The notes: generated from the letters alone by a model not told the origin. Numbered from the stretch's first letter, positions 1 through 9,960 are shown. The stretch: 59,132 bases of DNA from Chitinophaga pinensis (GCA_943329105.2 CALQCP020000001.1:1-59132), one strand, 5' to 3'. Numbers and translations are program-made.

Positions 1-390
1 CCGCTGTGGATCACCGTGGCATGGCTCGGTAGCCCCGATCACGGAACAATTCTTGTTGGATACATCGCCAGCGCACTGATGGCGGGCACATTCCTTGCCA
101 TCGGTGCATTCCTCTCCGCGTTCACCAAGAACCAAGTGATTGCCTTTGTGCTCAGTGGTGTGGCATGCTTCTTGCTCATGGTCATCGGCTTCCCCATGCT
201 GCTTGACTTTGTCAGTGGCTGGCTGCCGCGCACCGCGGTGGAGGCCATTGCCGCGATGAGCGTCTTGACGCACTTTGAAAGCATGATGCGCGGAGTCCTT
301 GACGGCCGCGATGTTCTGTATTTCGTGTCAGTATCGGCAGCGTTCTTGTTCTTGAACGGGATCGTGGTCGAATGGAAGAAGGCGGAGTAG
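1..390 (+). CDS. ABC-2 type transporter permease, C-terminal fragment (GldF-like; 5' end lies outside the window)
   Basis: Frame 1 is open from base 1 to TAG 388-390. The translated tail (VIAFVLSGVACFLLMVIGFPMLLDF ... FLFLNGIVVEWKK) consists of consecutive hydrophobic helices. It is followed by GldG-like and DUF4340-like genes, the usual neighbours of this permease type. Confidence 0.55.
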   Translation, partial: PLWITVAWLGSPDHGTILVGYIASALMAGTFLAIGAFLSAFTKNQVIAFVLSGVACFLLMVIGFPMLLDFVSGWLPRTAVEAIAAMSVLTHFESMMRGVLDGRDVLYFVSVSAAFLFLNGIVVEWKKAE

Positions 391-395
391 CACCC

Positions 396-2270
396 ATGGC
401 AGCACGCACCGAAACTCGACGTAATGCACTCTTGACTATCGCCGCTGTCGCAGTGGGCGTAGTAGCGCTGAACACCGTGATTGACATCACCGTACCGTTC
501 CTGCGCGCTGACTTAACGCAAGACCGGCTGTACAGCACCAGCAAGGGAGTTGATAGCACCCTCGCCACACTTGATGAGCCAGTGCGTATTGATTACTTCT
601 GGACGCAAGAGGGTTCAAAAGATCAACCGCTGATTCGCGCGCACGGGCAGCGGGTGCGCGAGTATCTGGAAGAACTCCGGCAGCGCTCCAATGGCAATCT
701 GGAAATTCGATTCATTGACCCGGAGCCGTTCAGCGAAGCGGAAGATGAAGCACGTGCAGCGGGATTGCCCGCGCTGGCTGTGGATGGCAGTGGTCGAACG
801 CTCACGCTTGGACTGGTTGTGCGCGGGCCCACTGATCGCAAGGAGACGCTGCCCTATCTCTCGCCAGAGAATGAGCCACTTCTTGAGTACGAATTGCTTC
901 GAGCCATTTCTTCGGTTGGTCGCCCCACCAAGCCGAAGTTGGGCTTGCTGAGCAGCATGCCGCTTGAAGGCGGGGCTGATCCGCGCAACCCGATGATGCA
1001 GAAGGGGCCGCCAGTGGTGATCCAGCAGCTTGGCGAGCAGGCCGACGTGGTGCCGATTGATGCCACCGCTGACAAGCTTCCCGATGGCATCGCGGCACTG
1101 ATGATTGTGCAGCCGCGCAAGTTCACTGAAGGCATGCTGCGCGCCATTGACGCATGGGCGATTGCCGGAAAGCCGCTGCTGGTTCTGGCGGATCCATACG
1201 CGGAAACCGATAGCGGCCCCGACGCAAGCGCGATGGGTGCCAAGCGCAGCGGTACCACCTATGACATGGGCCCGCTCCTCAATGCGTGGGGCGTGGACAT
1301 TGCCAAGGACATGGTGGTTGGTGACATCACTCATGCCACGCGCATTCGTGCCCCTTCCAAGAATGGTGGCATGCGTGAACTTGATTACCCAGCATGGCTG
1401 TCCATGACGCGGGAAACATTTACTGCCAACGACCCATTGGTCGGCGGGCTACAGGCGCTGAACTTCATGAGCGCTGGGGCCATCGTCCAAGTTCCCGGCA
1501 GCATGTCAAAGGTAGAGGCACTAGTTCAAACCGGCGAGAAATCGCAGATGATTCAAGCACTCAAGCTGGGATTCTTTGGCGACCCTGAACAGCTTCTCAA
1601 GGACTTCAAGTCAGATGGCACGCCAAAGATCTTGGCGGCGCGTATCACCGGGGAGATCGTTTCTGCATTCCCGTCTGCAGACGGGGTTGCCTCCAAAGGC
1701 AAGGCCAACATCCTGCTGTTTGCTGACGCGGATCTACTTTCAGATGACACGTGGGTCATTGATGATCGCAGTGCTGGAGTCAATGCCGGAAAGCGCGCCA
1801 TTGCAGACAACGGCCCAATGATTCTCAACGCCGTTGAACTGGCTGCTGGCAATCCCGCGCTGGCGCAGATTCGCGCACGCGGGCAATTCCGGCGCCCCTT
1901 CACGGCGGTGGAAGACATGCGCAAAGAAGCAGAAACGACGTTCATTGCGCGCGAGAAGGAATTGCAAGAAGAGATTCAGCGCACCGAATTGCAAATCGGT
2001 GAATTGCAGCGCGAACGTACCGCGGAAGGTGTGCAACAGATCGTTCTGACACCGGAACAAGCGCAGCGCATTCAGGAACTGCAGACGCGCATGACAGCCG
2101 CGCGCAAAGAACTGCGGCAAGTGCAACATGATCTTCGGCGCGATGTTGAACTGCTGGGCACCCGTATTCTTGTGCTCAATGCAGTGGTGTGGCCGCTTGC
2201 CGTGGCCATCATGGCGCTCGCTTGGTACATGGTGCGCGGACGCACCAGCCGCCGGGAGGCAGTGCAGTGA
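396..2270 (+). CDS. GldG-like ABC-transporter auxiliary protein (ABC_transp_aux architecture)
   Basis: ORF 372-2270. ATG 396 is preferred (GGAG at 384-387, just after the upstream stop). N-terminal TM (LLTIAAVAVGVVAL), large extracytoplasmic body, coiled coil (ELQEEIQRTELQIGELQRER) and C-terminal TM (VVWPLAVAIMALAW). Family assigned from architecture, context and memory. Confidence 0.6.
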   Translation: MAARTETRRNALLTIAAVAVGVVALNTVIDITVPFLRADLTQDRLYSTSKGVDSTLATLDEPVRIDYFWTQEGSKDQPLIRAHGQRVREYLEELRQRSNGNLEIRFIDPEPFSEAEDEARAAGLPALAVDGSGRTLTLGLVVRGPTDRKETLPYLSPENEPLLEYELLRAISSVGRPTKPKLGLLSSMPLEGGADPRNPMMQKGPPVVIQQLGEQADVVPIDATADKLPDGIAALMIVQPRKFTEGMLRAIDAWAIAGKPLLVLADPYAETDSGPDASAMGAKRSGTTYDMGPLLNAWGVDIAKDMVVGDITHATRIRAPSKNGGMRELDYPAWLSMTRETFTANDPLVGGLQALNFMSAGAIVQVPGSMSKVEALVQTGEKSQMIQALKLGFFGDPEQLLKDFKSDGTPKILAARITGEIVSAFPSADGVASKGKANILLFADADLLSDDTWVIDDRSAGVNAGKRAIADNGPMILNAVELAAGNPALAQIRARGQFRRPFTAVEDMRKEAETTFIAREKELQEEIQRTELQIGELQRERTAEGVQQIVLTPEQAQRIQELQTRMTAARKELRQVQHDLRRDVELLGTRILVLNAVVWPLAVAIMALAWYMVRGRTSRREAVQ

Positions 2271-2281
2271 GCCAGGGACTC

Positions 2282-3394
2282 ATGCGACGAAATGCAGTCA
2301 TTGGAATCGCTGCTGCAGCGATAGCTCTCGTTGGAGCGGCATTCCTCATGGCGCGTAGCCGCGACATGACTCCCGAGCGCGCGCGTGGTTCCGCGCTGGT
2401 GACCGGCCTGGAATCGCGCGCTGCTGAGATCGGCGCCATTGAGTTGCTGCGCGGCAATGCAACCGTGCGGATCGAACGGCTTGCTGGCGATCGTTGGGTA
2501 GTTGCCACGAGCGATGGCTACCCAGCGCGAACAGAACTGGCGCGGGCACTGTTGGTGAGTATCGGCAACTTGACGATTGATGATCGGATGACTGCAAAGA
2601 AGGATCGACACAATGAGCTTGGGCTTGCGTGGCCCGATGAGTCAGGGAAGGCGCGCTTGGTTCGGTTCTTGGCCGCCACGCCGGGCGCTGCACCAGTCGC
2701 AGAGGTCATTCTTGGCGACGAGCGATTTGCTCCGGACGCAGTATTTGCGCGGCTACCCACGCAAGATCAAACATGGCGCGCGCTTGGACGCGTCCAGGTT
2801 CCCGCAGATGCACTGGCATGGATTGATCGCACATTGGTGTCACTACCGAACGGCGAAACATTGTCCGCATCGATCGCCGGACTCACCGCGACGCCAAGCC
2901 CGAACGACCCGGGTCCGCAACCGGGAATGCCACGCATGCCTTGGGGCATCGCTGTGATTGAACCCGAGCGCGAACACTGGAGCGTTGAGCAAGTTGACTC
3001 GGCAAAGACCGGGCTTCCGTCTTTCTTAGAGCGCCTGGAAATCGATGGAGTCCGACGCGCGCGCACCGATATCGCCCCGGAACCACAGTGGTCGCCAAGC
3101 TTTGACACGCGCGCCGCGCTGCTGACCCTGAACGGGCACGCCGAGGCCGACGGTGTGTGGTTCACGCTGAGCGTGCTGCCGCGCCCGGGAGCACCATTGC
3201 CAACCCCCGCCAAACGTGATGGCGACCCTTTCGTGCCAGATTGGTCCGCACTGTCAGAAGCCTGCGACGGCTGGGAGTACAAGATGCCAGCGTGGAAAGC
3301 TGACACGCTGCGGCGGATGCGCGCCCCGGCGCAGGATCCCGGCGCAGAGCCAACCACGCTCGAACCGAGCACCTTGGGCGACCCGCGACGCTGA
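2282..3394 (+). CDS. DUF4340-like membrane-anchored protein
   Basis: ORF 2189-3394. The internal ATG 2282 gives MRRNAVIGIAAAAIALVGAAFLMA (N-terminal anchor) 12 nt after the GldG-like stop. Its position directly after GldG is typical for DUF4340. Family call is contextual. Confidence 0.45.
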   Translation: MRRNAVIGIAAAAIALVGAAFLMARSRDMTPERARGSALVTGLESRAAEIGAIELLRGNATVRIERLAGDRWVVATSDGYPARTELARALLVSIGNLTIDDRMTAKKDRHNELGLAWPDESGKARLVRFLAATPGAAPVAEVILGDERFAPDAVFARLPTQDQTWRALGRVQVPADALAWIDRTLVSLPNGETLSASIAGLTATPSPNDPGPQPGMPRMPWGIAVIEPEREHWSVEQVDSAKTGLPSFLERLEIDGVRRARTDIAPEPQWSPSFDTRAALLTLNGHAEADGVWFTLSVLPRPGAPLPTPAKRDGDPFVPDWSALSEACDGWEYKMPAWKADTLRRMRAPAQDPGAEPTTLEPSTLGDPRR

Positions 3395-3678
3395 TGCCGG
3401 CGACCCGCGATGCTTGACTCGGGCACTCCGGGACGCTGAACGGCGCTGCGCGTGGCGACGCGCGGACCGCCGCTGCGCGAAATGCGTGCTTCCCGGACCT
3501 CACTGAGCATTTCCGCGGAATCACACCGAAACTTTTTAGCAAATGAACCTGAAATGTCGGGAAGACCTGGAACGTCCTTGACTCGTGCCCTCGGACTCCC
3601 AATGGTGTTCTCGGATACATGCTGGGCTTGCCAACAACGTGCGTTGCGGGAAAGGGTGCCTGGCTGACTGGAGGGCAC

Positions 3679-6060
3679 ATGGGCAAGGCTATTCGTCATC
3701 ATTTGCGACCCATGGTGTATGGCAGCCTGGTGGGCCTTGCCTTCGTTGCTGGTCTGGTCATGGTGGTGCGCGACCTTCGCCTTGATCGGGCGCCACAGTC
3801 AACCGGCACCGCACTACAAGCCCGTACCACGTCCGATACGGATGCTGTCGATGCACCACAAACTGCCCTGCTCTTGCGAGACGCAACACGAGCAACTCGC
3901 GATGATGTGACAAACGCGGTGACTCCGGTGTTGCAACACACTGAAGCCTTGACCCATCGACCTGGCGTTGTTGCCGCCATCCTTCGTAATGACACCGCGC
4001 TGCTCCGGCAAATTGCCAACGAAGAAATTCGCCGCTCAGGCGCAGTGGATGCACTGGCATTTGTGGACGCAGACGGTCGGCTCTTGGCGGTCAATTCGGT
4101 GGACATACACGGCACCCCATTTCCAGCAGCGCGCATTGATCTACTGATGAAACAGGACGTTTCCCAGCGTCCGGTGGTGAGTGCTTGCCTCCATTCGGAT
4201 TCCCCGGTTCCAATTCTGGAATTTCAAACGTCTTGCGATTTCACCAGGATCTTGTGGGATTCCACCGGACTCTCCGTCGCGTGCAGCGCGCCAGTCATCG
4301 ACGAAACCACCGGCCGCTGCGTTGGGTTAGTCACCACGCGCATTCGATTCGAACGGATTGAGGCTCTGATTGAGAGCGAAGAAACGCCCGGGATCGACTT
4401 GGTCATGGTGGACGGCACCGGCCATGCCCTTGATGAACACGTGCAACGTGGTGAAGTTGGAATCACCATTCCGCCTACGGCGCTTGCTGGCCTCGTTGGA
4501 TCGTTGGATGGATCAGAAGCACAGTGCTCAAGCGTTTCCACATCCGGACAGATGGCGTGCGCGTTCCCACTGAGCGGACTGCGCACCGTCAAGGGCGGCA
4601 ACGTATTTGTCATCGGCGTTGCCCAACCACGATTGATCGCCGCCGAAGTTGGTCACGGGCAATTGGTCACTGCGGCCTCAACAGCCATGATTGTTGGCCT
4701 TGCAGGCCTTTCAGGCGTGCTGCTGGTGCAAGCTCGCAGCCAACGCAAGGCCAGTCTGACATTGGTCACCGCCCGCAACGATGCGGATGCAGCCAGCCGT
4801 TCCAAGACTGAGTTCTTGGCAAACATGAGCCATGAAATTCGCACACCAATGACCGCCATCATTGGCTTTGTTGATCTCCTTGCCGATCACGGCGATGGCC
4901 AACCAAATGCACCGACGCGTGATGAGGCGGTAGAGACAATCCGCCGAAATGCGCGCCACTTACTCTCACTGATCAACGATGTCCTTGATCTTTCCAAGAT
5001 TGAGGCTGGACACATGCGCATGGATCGCCAGCGCGTTCGCACCCTTGACTTGGTACAGGATGCGCTGCGCCTGATGGACGACCGCGCCCGGCAGAAAGGC
5101 ATTGCACTTCGCCTCGTCATGGATGGCGATGTGCCGGAGTCCATCAGTACTGATCCAACACGCCTGCGCCAGGTGCTGATCAATCTCCTTGGTAATGCAG
5201 TGAAATTCACTGATCAAGGCGCGGTCACCTTGACCATGCGGCGGCTTGACGATGCGCAGGACAAACTCGCATTTGAAGTGGCCGATACTGGCATCGGCAT
5301 GACACCCGAGCAACTTTCGCGCCTGTACCAACCGTTTGTGCAGGCCGACACTTCCACGACCCGTCGATACGGCGGCACTGGCCTTGGGCTTGCCATCACG
5401 CGGCGCTGCATCGACATCATGGGTGGTGCCATTTCCGCGCGCAGTGCACCAGGTAGCGGCACTACCTTTGAATTCACCATCGACACCGGTGACCTCACCG
5501 GCATTCCAGCGGCACGCCTCCGTTCCACCGAAGCGAAAGAAGGCAACGGCGTACTTCGACTTCCGTCTGCAGCTCGACAGCCACTCTCCGGTATTCGCGT
5601 CTTGCTCGCCGAAGATGGAATTGACAATCAACGACTGATCCGCTTTCACCTGGAACGCGCCGGTGCGCATGTGGAAATTGTGGACAACGGGGCCAAAGCA
5701 GTTGAACGGGTTCAGGATTCCTCACGGATGAACCGGCATGATGTGATTCTCATGGACATGCAGATGCCCGTCATGGACGGCTACGAAGCGGTACGTCGCC
5801 TGACCGCCGCTGGTACACGCACGCCAATCATTGCGCTCACCGCGCATGCCATGGCGGGCGACCGGGAAAAGTGCTTGGAAACCGGCTGCCACGATTACCT
5901 GTGCAAGCCCGTCGATGCGCGCGCGCTGATTGCCGCCATTCGGCACGCGATTGCTCCTGGTGCAACTGAATGCACCATGCTCCGGCGTCCGGATGATATG
6001 CCGAGCGCGTTGCTGAATCGGTTGTCCGATCAGGCTCCGCCACACGCGGCCGCGGGTTGA
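3679..6060 (+). CDS. Hybrid sensor histidine kinase / response regulator with periplasmic sensor domain
   Basis: ATG 3679 is preceded by GGAGGG. Two TM segments flank an approximately 300 aa sensor region. H-box SHEIRTPMTAIIGFVDLL, N-box LINLLGNAVKFT, G-boxes DTGIGM and GGTGLGLAI. C-terminal receiver RVLLAEDGIDNQ ... ILMDMQMPVMDGYEA ... ALTAHAM. Confidence 0.9.
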   Translation: MGKAIRHHLRPMVYGSLVGLAFVAGLVMVVRDLRLDRAPQSTGTALQARTTSDTDAVDAPQTALLLRDATRATRDDVTNAVTPVLQHTEALTHRPGVVAAILRNDTALLRQIANEEIRRSGAVDALAFVDADGRLLAVNSVDIHGTPFPAARIDLLMKQDVSQRPVVSACLHSDSPVPILEFQTSCDFTRILWDSTGLSVACSAPVIDETTGRCVGLVTTRIRFERIEALIESEETPGIDLVMVDGTGHALDEHVQRGEVGITIPPTALAGLVGSLDGSEAQCSSVSTSGQMACAFPLSGLRTVKGGNVFVIGVAQPRLIAAEVGHGQLVTAASTAMIVGLAGLSGVLLVQARSQRKASLTLVTARNDADAASRSKTEFLANMSHEIRTPMTAIIGFVDLLADHGDGQPNAPTRDEAVETIRRNARHLLSLINDVLDLSKIEAGHMRMDRQRVRTLDLVQDALRLMDDRARQKGIALRLVMDGDVPESISTDPTRLRQVLINLLGNAVKFTDQGAVTLTMRRLDDAQDKLAFEVADTGIGMTPEQLSRLYQPFVQADTSTTRRYGGTGLGLAITRRCIDIMGGAISARSAPGSGTTFEFTIDTGDLTGIPAARLRSTEAKEGNGVLRLPSAARQPLSGIRVLLAEDGIDNQRLIRFHLERAGAHVEIVDNGAKAVERVQDSSRMNRHDVILMDMQMPVMDGYEAVRRLTAAGTRTPIIALTAHAMAGDREKCLETGCHDYLCKPVDARALIAAIRHAIAPGATECTMLRRPDDMPSALLNRLSDQAPPHAAAG

Positions 6061-6108
6061 CGCTTGCTCGATTGACTGCAGTCCGGCGCACGCACTACCC
6101 TACGCGCC

Positions 6109-6948
6109 ATGACTACTAGCCATCCCGTGCGACGTATTGCGATCATCTGTGTTGTTTCGTTGGTGGCATTGGCTGCTGTCGGCTGGTTTGCGCGCGACGT
6201 GATTGCCGCATCAATTGCGCGCAGTGTTGCAAGCCGACTACTGGGCGTAAATGTAGAGATTGATTCGGTACACCTTGATGTCTTCGGTCTCGCTGTAGAA
6301 GTGAAGGGGTTACGCGTTGCCAATCCTGCAGGCTGGGGCACGCCGCTACTCCTGAACGCCGGAAGCATCGCCGTGCGCGTCTCTGGCGAAAGTACCAGTC
6401 AAAAACTCATCGTGGACAGTGTGGCACTGAGTAAGGTGTCTATCTGGTTCATCCGCGACGGAGACAGAAACAACGTCGCCGACGTCGTTGCCAATCTCTC
6501 CAAAGGCGATACCAGCGAGCCCAAGGCCGCCGAAACAAAGACAACCCCTGCCATGGATCTCCTGCTGCGTGCCCTGGTGCTCGAAGACGTGAATGTCTAT
6601 TACACCGAGCGATCAAAGATTGTTGGCGATATTCCGGTGGCTGTCCATCTGCAACGGGTTGAGGTGAAGGACATCGGCGGCAAGACCGCGGGCAAGGGGC
6701 TCGCGGAACAACTGGTTGGACAGGTCTTTGAAGCCGTGGTGGTGGCCGTCATGGCCGAATCTGGCAACAACCTGCCGGCCGTGCTGCGCGACCCCATCAA
6801 CGGAGCCGTTCGATCCGGCGGACGCTTGGGCGCCTCGGCGGTCAACATGATTGGCGAGGCAGCCTCGAAGGGAGGCAGTGCTGTTGGAGGATTGCTGCAG
6901 GGCATCGGCGATGCCATCACCGGTGGCAAGAAGGATGGCGGCAAGTAA
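6109..6948 (+). CDS. Membrane-anchored protein, AsmA N-terminal-like, Gly-rich C-terminus
   Basis: N-terminal anchor RRIAIICVVSLVALAAVGWF, then VEIDSVHLDVFGLAVEVKGLRVANPAGWGTPLLLNAGSIAVRV, which resembles the start of AsmA/DUF748-type proteins. Coding is likely; the family call is weak. Confidence 0.45.
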   Translation: MTTSHPVRRIAIICVVSLVALAAVGWFARDVIAASIARSVASRLLGVNVEIDSVHLDVFGLAVEVKGLRVANPAGWGTPLLLNAGSIAVRVSGESTSQKLIVDSVALSKVSIWFIRDGDRNNVADVVANLSKGDTSEPKAAETKTTPAMDLLLRALVLEDVNVYYTERSKIVGDIPVAVHLQRVEVKDIGGKTAGKGLAEQLVGQVFEAVVVAVMAESGNNLPAVLRDPINGAVRSGGRLGASAVNMIGEAASKGGSAVGGLLQGIGDAITGGKKDGGK

Positions 6949-7060
6949 GGGGTTGGCCGCCATCGACCCGCTGCAAGCATCCTGGCGAGCGCTTTCGCTG
7001 AAGTAATCCGGCAGAACTTGCCGATATCCGAACAGCACCCAACCTTTTTAGGAGAATGCC

Positions 7061-7816
7061 ATGCGCATGGACTCGCGCTTCGCTGTCGGAACCGTCATCG
7101 CCACCCTTCTGTGCGGCTGCGATGCACCCACTATGCAGTCACGGATTACCGACTCGATCGGCACGCTCTCCCACGTGCAGTCGTCACCGAATCCAGTGGA
7201 CTCGGAAATCTTCCGCGAGGCACGCGGTATTGCCATCGTCGACGAAACCCAAGCTGGACTGGTGATCAGCGGCGCGGGTGGTGAGGGACTCTTGCTGCGA
7301 CGCACCAGCACTGGTTGGTCCGCTCCGTGCGCCATCAAGGTGCAAGGCTTCGGAGTCGGCCTCACCATTGGTGGCGAAGGTCGCAGCGTTGTCATTGTGT
7401 TCTCCACCGATGCTGCCCTTGATCAATTTGTTGCTGACGGCAGCTACTTCCTCGCGCAGGCGCAGGGCGCATTCGGCGAGGCGTATAGCCGCACCAGCGA
7501 TCCAGTTCAGAAACGTGATCAAGTGCGCGTCTGGGCTGTCGCCGGCGGCGTCTACGGAACCTGCGCCCTGGGAAGCATCGGCTTCAAGATCGATCACGAA
7601 GCGAATGTTGCTGCATACGGCGAAGGCATCACCGAGTGGGACATTCTCGACGGTAAAGCCACCGCACCAGTGGGCATGTCTGCGCTCGCTTCGCGGATCG
7701 ATCGAATCACCGCACCGGTTGATGTTGGGCCAAAGCAACGCATGCGCACAGAGACAACCCCTGCGGACACGGAAGCCGCCAGCCAGTCCAAAGCGTCATC
7801 GGTGCAGGGCGACTGA
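7061..7816 (+). CDS. SYLF / Ysc84-like (DUF500) lipid-binding domain lipoprotein
   Basis: AGGAG upstream. Lipobox TVIATLLCGC. Core GIAIVDETQAGLVISGAGGEGLLLRRTSTGWSAPCAIKVQGFGVGLTIGGEGRSVVIVF matches the SYLF-domain pattern as I remember it. Confidence 0.65.
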   Translation: MRMDSRFAVGTVIATLLCGCDAPTMQSRITDSIGTLSHVQSSPNPVDSEIFREARGIAIVDETQAGLVISGAGGEGLLLRRTSTGWSAPCAIKVQGFGVGLTIGGEGRSVVIVFSTDAALDQFVADGSYFLAQAQGAFGEAYSRTSDPVQKRDQVRVWAVAGGVYGTCALGSIGFKIDHEANVAAYGEGITEWDILDGKATAPVGMSALASRIDRITAPVDVGPKQRMRTETTPADTEAASQSKASSVQGD

Positions 7817-8803
7817 GCCGCGCTCGAGCCCAGCCCATTCCAGGAATTCACGCATGGCACGCACAGTGCCGGCGAAGTCATCCCCGAATACAACATGACC
7901 GGCACCCGGTATCAGCGCTGTGCGGCTTTGTGGCATTTCTGCTGCAAACACACTGAGCATGGATGGATCGGTCACCGCGTCGGCTGTTCCGTACACCACC
8001 AATGTGGGTGCACCGACCGCGCCCATGCGACCGCGCAGTCCATCGCTCAGGAACGGCTTGATGGCCTCCACAATCAGCAACGTCTGCGGGCGACGGGCGA
8101 TCGCCATATCGGCAAACCAACGACGAAACGGCGCTGGCACCATGGGTGGTCGTACAAACACCAAGTTCATCACACGATCGAAATCCTCGGCACTGGCAAT
8201 ATCAAGTGGATTTGCTCCGTCAGCAACGCGGCGCATGAAGTCGTTGACAACCGGCGCCTCCACACCGGCGGGCGCAAGCATGATCAGCCCGTCTACTCGC
8301 TGCGGGAACTCGATAGCCAACTCGCAGGCGATCGCCGCGCCCATGGACGAACCCACCATGGTGGCATGATCAATCCGCAGCGCCTTCATAAACGAATCAA
8401 CCGAGCGTGCGTAAAACACACCATCATGATGCTCACCTTCGTGATACGGATGAGCACCAAAGCCAGGTAGATCCGGCGCAATGGTGTGCCACCCATGCTT
8501 GGCGAACGGAGCCGAGAGCTCCATCATGGCGTCCTTACTTGCACCGAATCCGTGCAAGAGCAGCAACACCGGTCCGTCCGCAGGTCCCGAGTCAAGGTAC
8601 GGCCACTGATAGCCGTCAACAGTGATGTAACGCGACGTGACATCAAGCCGCATGTATGCAACTTGGCGCAATGGAATCACAATGATGCGCGGATCAATCC
8701 ACCAGCCGTACGCGCCGACCGCTAGCAGTGCCGCCACGCAACAACCCACGCTCAGCAATGCACGACGGACCCACTTACGCACCGTACCTACCGCTGGAAT
8801 CAC
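7796..8803 (-). CDS. Alpha/beta-fold hydrolase with N-terminal membrane anchor
   Basis: GTG start overlaps the upstream stop (GTGA). Anchor ALLSVGCCVAALLAVGAYGWW, oxyanion region LLLLHGFGASKD, nucleophile elbow GSSMG, C-terminal GAGH. Confidence 0.85.
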   Translation of the reverse strand: MIPAVGTVRKWVRRALLSVGCCVAALLAVGAYGWWIDPRIIVIPLRQVAYMRLDVTSRYITVDGYQWPYLDSGPADGPVLLLLHGFGASKDAMMELSAPFAKHGWHTIAPDLPGFGAHPYHEGEHHDGVFYARSVDSFMKALRIDHATMVGSSMGAAIACELAIEFPQRVDGLIMLAPAGVEAPVVNDFMRRVADGANPLDIASAEDFDRVMNLVFVRPPMVPAPFRRWFADMAIARRPQTLLIVEAIKPFLSDGLRGRMGAVGAPTLVVYGTADAVTDPSMLSVFAAEMPQSRTALIPGAGHVVFGDDFAGTVRAMREFLEWAGLERGSVALHR

Positions 8804-9960
8804 GGGGCCTCGCTGCGTATCGTGCCGGCGGAGGCCCTATTTGGAACGGTCTTTCCAGGTGCGCCCTGAATGGCACTCACCGTGGTCAGCAACTTCTGCG
8901 CCACTGCACGCTCTGGCTCGCGGGCGACCGCCTGCTCAAACATCGCTAGCGACTCTTCCAAGTGACCCGCATTGTGTGCGCTGGCACCAAGGAACATGTA
9001 ACCGTCTGCCATTTCTGGATGGCGTCGCACTAAGTCTTCGCCGCACTCACGGAGCCGTCCCCAATCACCAATGCGCCACGCCGCATGGCCGAGGAGCAAC
9101 ATGGTGCGTCCGTGCGGGTCGTTGTCGTCGTGAATGGCCAGCAAGATGTCCCGTGCTTCTTCCGGACGACTCACCAAGATGAGATTGCGAGCCTTCAATC
9201 GTGCCAGGTCAGGCCTACCGATACGGCTGGCAAGCACCGGATCTTCAAGTGCCGCAATGGAGCCGTTCCAGTCGCCCTTGGAATAGCGAGCAAACGCCAA
9301 CTCCTCGATCAATTCTGGCGACGCTGTTTCACGCATGGAAACCCGCTCAAGCAGTTGCGCGCAACGATCATCGTCGCCGCGCATCTTGGCAACATCCGCA
9401 CGCAACCGATCAATCACTGGGCTGAATTCAAACTTCTTCTCAACGGCGGTCAGGCGCGCGTCTGCCTCGTCATGGCGCCCCATGAGCGTCAGCATCTCAA
9501 TTTCCGCAGCAACAAAGTGAATCTTGGTTGGCTCCAGCTCAGCAGCCTTGGCATACGAATCCAGTGCCTTGTCATTTTCACGCCAACGCTGATAGACGAT
9601 GCCCAAGAAGTAGTACGGCTCTGGCTTCTTTGGATCAAGGTCAACAGCCGCTTGGAACGCATCACGCGATTCATCAATGCGGGTCATCTCATGGAGGATG
9701 CGCCCACGCAACAGTTGGTAAGAAGACTCCTTGGGGAAGCGAGCGATGGCGCGATCAATGTGTCCAAGTGCCGGCTCAAACTGGCCCGATTGGAACGATT
9801 GACGTGCCTGGTCGTATGCAATCTGCGCTCCAGCACGGTCATACCGGCCACGTGCTTCGTTACGAACCTGCTGCGAACGCGGCGCGCCGCAACCCACTGC
9901 AAACAGCGTGGTAGCGGCAAGCGATCCTGCCAATAGGCAATGAATGATTGGACGGTTCAA
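8800..9960 (-). CDS. TPR-repeat lipoprotein (PilF/PilW-like secretin pilotin candidate)
   Basis: TTG start overlaps the secretin stop (TTGA). Lipobox LFAVGC. Multiple TPR-like helical repeats (e.g. YYFLGIVYQRWRENDKALDSYAKAAELEP). Confidence 0.7.
   Translation of the reverse strand: MNRPIIHCLLAGSLAATTLFAVGCGAPRSQQVRNEARGRYDRAGAQIAYDQARQSFQSGQFEPALGHIDRAIARFPKESSYQLLRGRILHEMTRIDESRDAFQAAVDLDPKKPEPYYFLGIVYQRWRENDKALDSYAKAAELEPTKIHFVAAEIEMLTLMGRHDEADARLTAVEKKFEFSPVIDRLRADVAKMRGDDDRCAQLLERVSMRETASPELIEELAFARYSKGDWNGSIAALEDPVLASRIGRPDLARLKARNLILVSRPEEARDILLAIHDDNDPHGRTMLLLGHAAWRIGDWGRLRECGEDLVRRHPEMADGYMFLGASAHNAGHLEESLAMFEQAVAREPERAVAQKLLTTVSAIQGAPGKTVPNRASAGTIRSEAP

Noticed and set aside
9085-9936. 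283 aa + strand ORF opposite the TPR lipoprotein gene, and the similar 259 aa ORF at 11527-12306 opposite the secretin
   Set aside because: Both are antisense shadows of genes with clear family signatures (lipobox plus TPR repeats; secretin core).
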